Positions 63,110-64,000 of a DNA stretch of 64,000 bases are shown piece by piece. The stretch's first letter is position 1, and every line of letters begins with the position of its first letter. Below the pieces are notes generated by a model. It made no database searches and had not been told where the DNA came from. It saw only the letters and a list, made by a program, of their open reading frames with translations. The DNA is from Candidatus Bathyarchaeota archaeon (lineage in GTDB: Archaea; Thermoproteota; Bathyarchaeia; Bathyarchaeales; Bathycorpusculaceae), in contig OY970340.1 of the NCBI GenBank assembly GCA_963717465.1, positions 352,001-416,000 on the forward strand, given 5' to 3'. The translations under genes and the position numbers were made by a program.

Positions 63110-64000
63110 ATGGCTGAGTTTTCTAAAATAGTTATGATTGACTGCCAAGTGGCTGGAGTTTCTGGAGACATGATGCTTGGAGCATTACTGGATCTTGGAG
63201 CAGACGCAACCAAAGTTGCAAAAGCACTCAAAATTTTAGATAACAAAGATTTCGGCTACAGCGACGTGAAAGTGGACATTAAACAAACTATGCGAGGAGG
63301 CTTCAGAGCAACTAAAGTTGATGTTACAGCCCAAGGAAAAACAAGAAAAGACGGCAAACAACTCATTGAAATAGTGGAAAAAGCAGCATTGCAACTTGGG
63401 CTTTCAGCGAAAGCCAAACAGTTTGCTTCAAACGTTATCTACACCTTAGTCGAAGCTGAAGCAAACCTTCACGGAAAACATTTGGAACACGCACACCTGC
63501 ATGAAGTTGGCATGGTGGACACAGCAGCGGAAATAATTGGTTCCGCGGTTGCCATGGAAGACTTGGGGTTTTTCGAAGCAAAAATCTACGCCACCCCGGT
63601 TTCAGTCGGAGGAGGATTATTCAAGTTCTCGCATGGAACAGTTTCAAGTCCAGCACCAGCAACACTTGCAATTTTTCAATCAAAGAATTACCCTATAAAA
63701 GGTGGACCAGTAGAAGCCGAATTAGCTACCCCCACAGGAGCCTCACTTATCGTTAACTTAGCCAGCCAAGTAAGCGTTTTCTATCCCACAATGATGCCCC
63801 TAAAGGTTGGTTATGGCGCTGGCGAAAAGGAATTCGAAGGATTGCCAAATGCTCTCCGAATCACCGTTGGCAAAAATTTGGAAAAAGGTTTCCAAAGGGA
63901 CCAAATCGCAGTACTAGAAACTAACCTTGATGACGTATCCGGAGAAATCGTCGGATTCACTGTTGACAGGCTCTTTGCCGAAGGCGCAAAAGACGTTTGT
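63110..64000 (+). CDS. larC: Nickel-pincer cofactor nickel insertase LarC, truncated by the window end
   Basis: IDCQVAGVSGDMMLGALLDLG, HLHEVG, PAPATL, ELATPTGA and LETNLDD. Confidence 0.92.
   Translation, partial: MAEFSKIVMIDCQVAGVSGDMMLGALLDLGADATKVAKALKILDNKDFGYSDVKVDIKQTMRGGFRATKVDVTAQGKTRKDGKQLIEIVEKAALQLGLSAKAKQFASNVIYTLVEAEANLHGKHLEHAHLHEVGMVDTAAEIIGSAVAMEDLGFFEAKIYATPVSVGGGLFKFSHGTVSSPAPATLAIFQSKNYPIKGGPVEAELATPTGASLIVNLASQVSVFYPTMMPLKVGYGAGEKEFEGLPNALRITVGKNLEKGFQRDQIAVLETNLDDVSGEIVGFTVDRLFAEGAKDVC

Noticed and set aside
1..64000. CRISPR array, rRNA, integrase or transposase
   Set aside because: No regularly spaced repeats, rRNA-like sequence or recombinase motifs recognised

Overview
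Archaeal chromosomal window, most likely from a Bathyarchaeia-like TACK archaeon (inference from TFB-Gar1/L7Ae-S28e-L24e, aIF2-alpha, RtcB/archease, a bacterial-type MtdB-like enzyme, Thermococcales-type HypA/HypB and orphan PAS kinases). Core blocks are MoxR-VWA, acdA, ribK, ino1, gcvH, rpl40e, tfb and ribosomal genes, a seven-gene diaminopimelate lysine operon, M42 peptidase, archease, adk, rtcB, hypA/hypB and larB/larC. Four accessory regions lie between them. (1) About 10.4-19.3 kb: PD-(D/E)XK-like nuclease, kinase, TA loci and glycan genes. (2) About 22.1-28.6 kb, a defence island: decayed vapBC, a dCTP-deaminase-fold protein lacking its catalytic residues and fused to a TM helix, an intact cytidine deaminase, an HTH-nuclease fusion, Vsr, a PLD restriction nuclease and a C5 methyltransferase. 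(3) About 46.5-47.5 kb: Cys/His microprotein genes. (4) About 53.2-57.7 kb: CAAX-protease and five GNAT genes punctuated by duplicated 3' fragments of tRNA-Gly(TCC). Many housekeeping genes carry single-base frameshifts that are probably assembly errors. Several genes appear to use near-cognate start codons.
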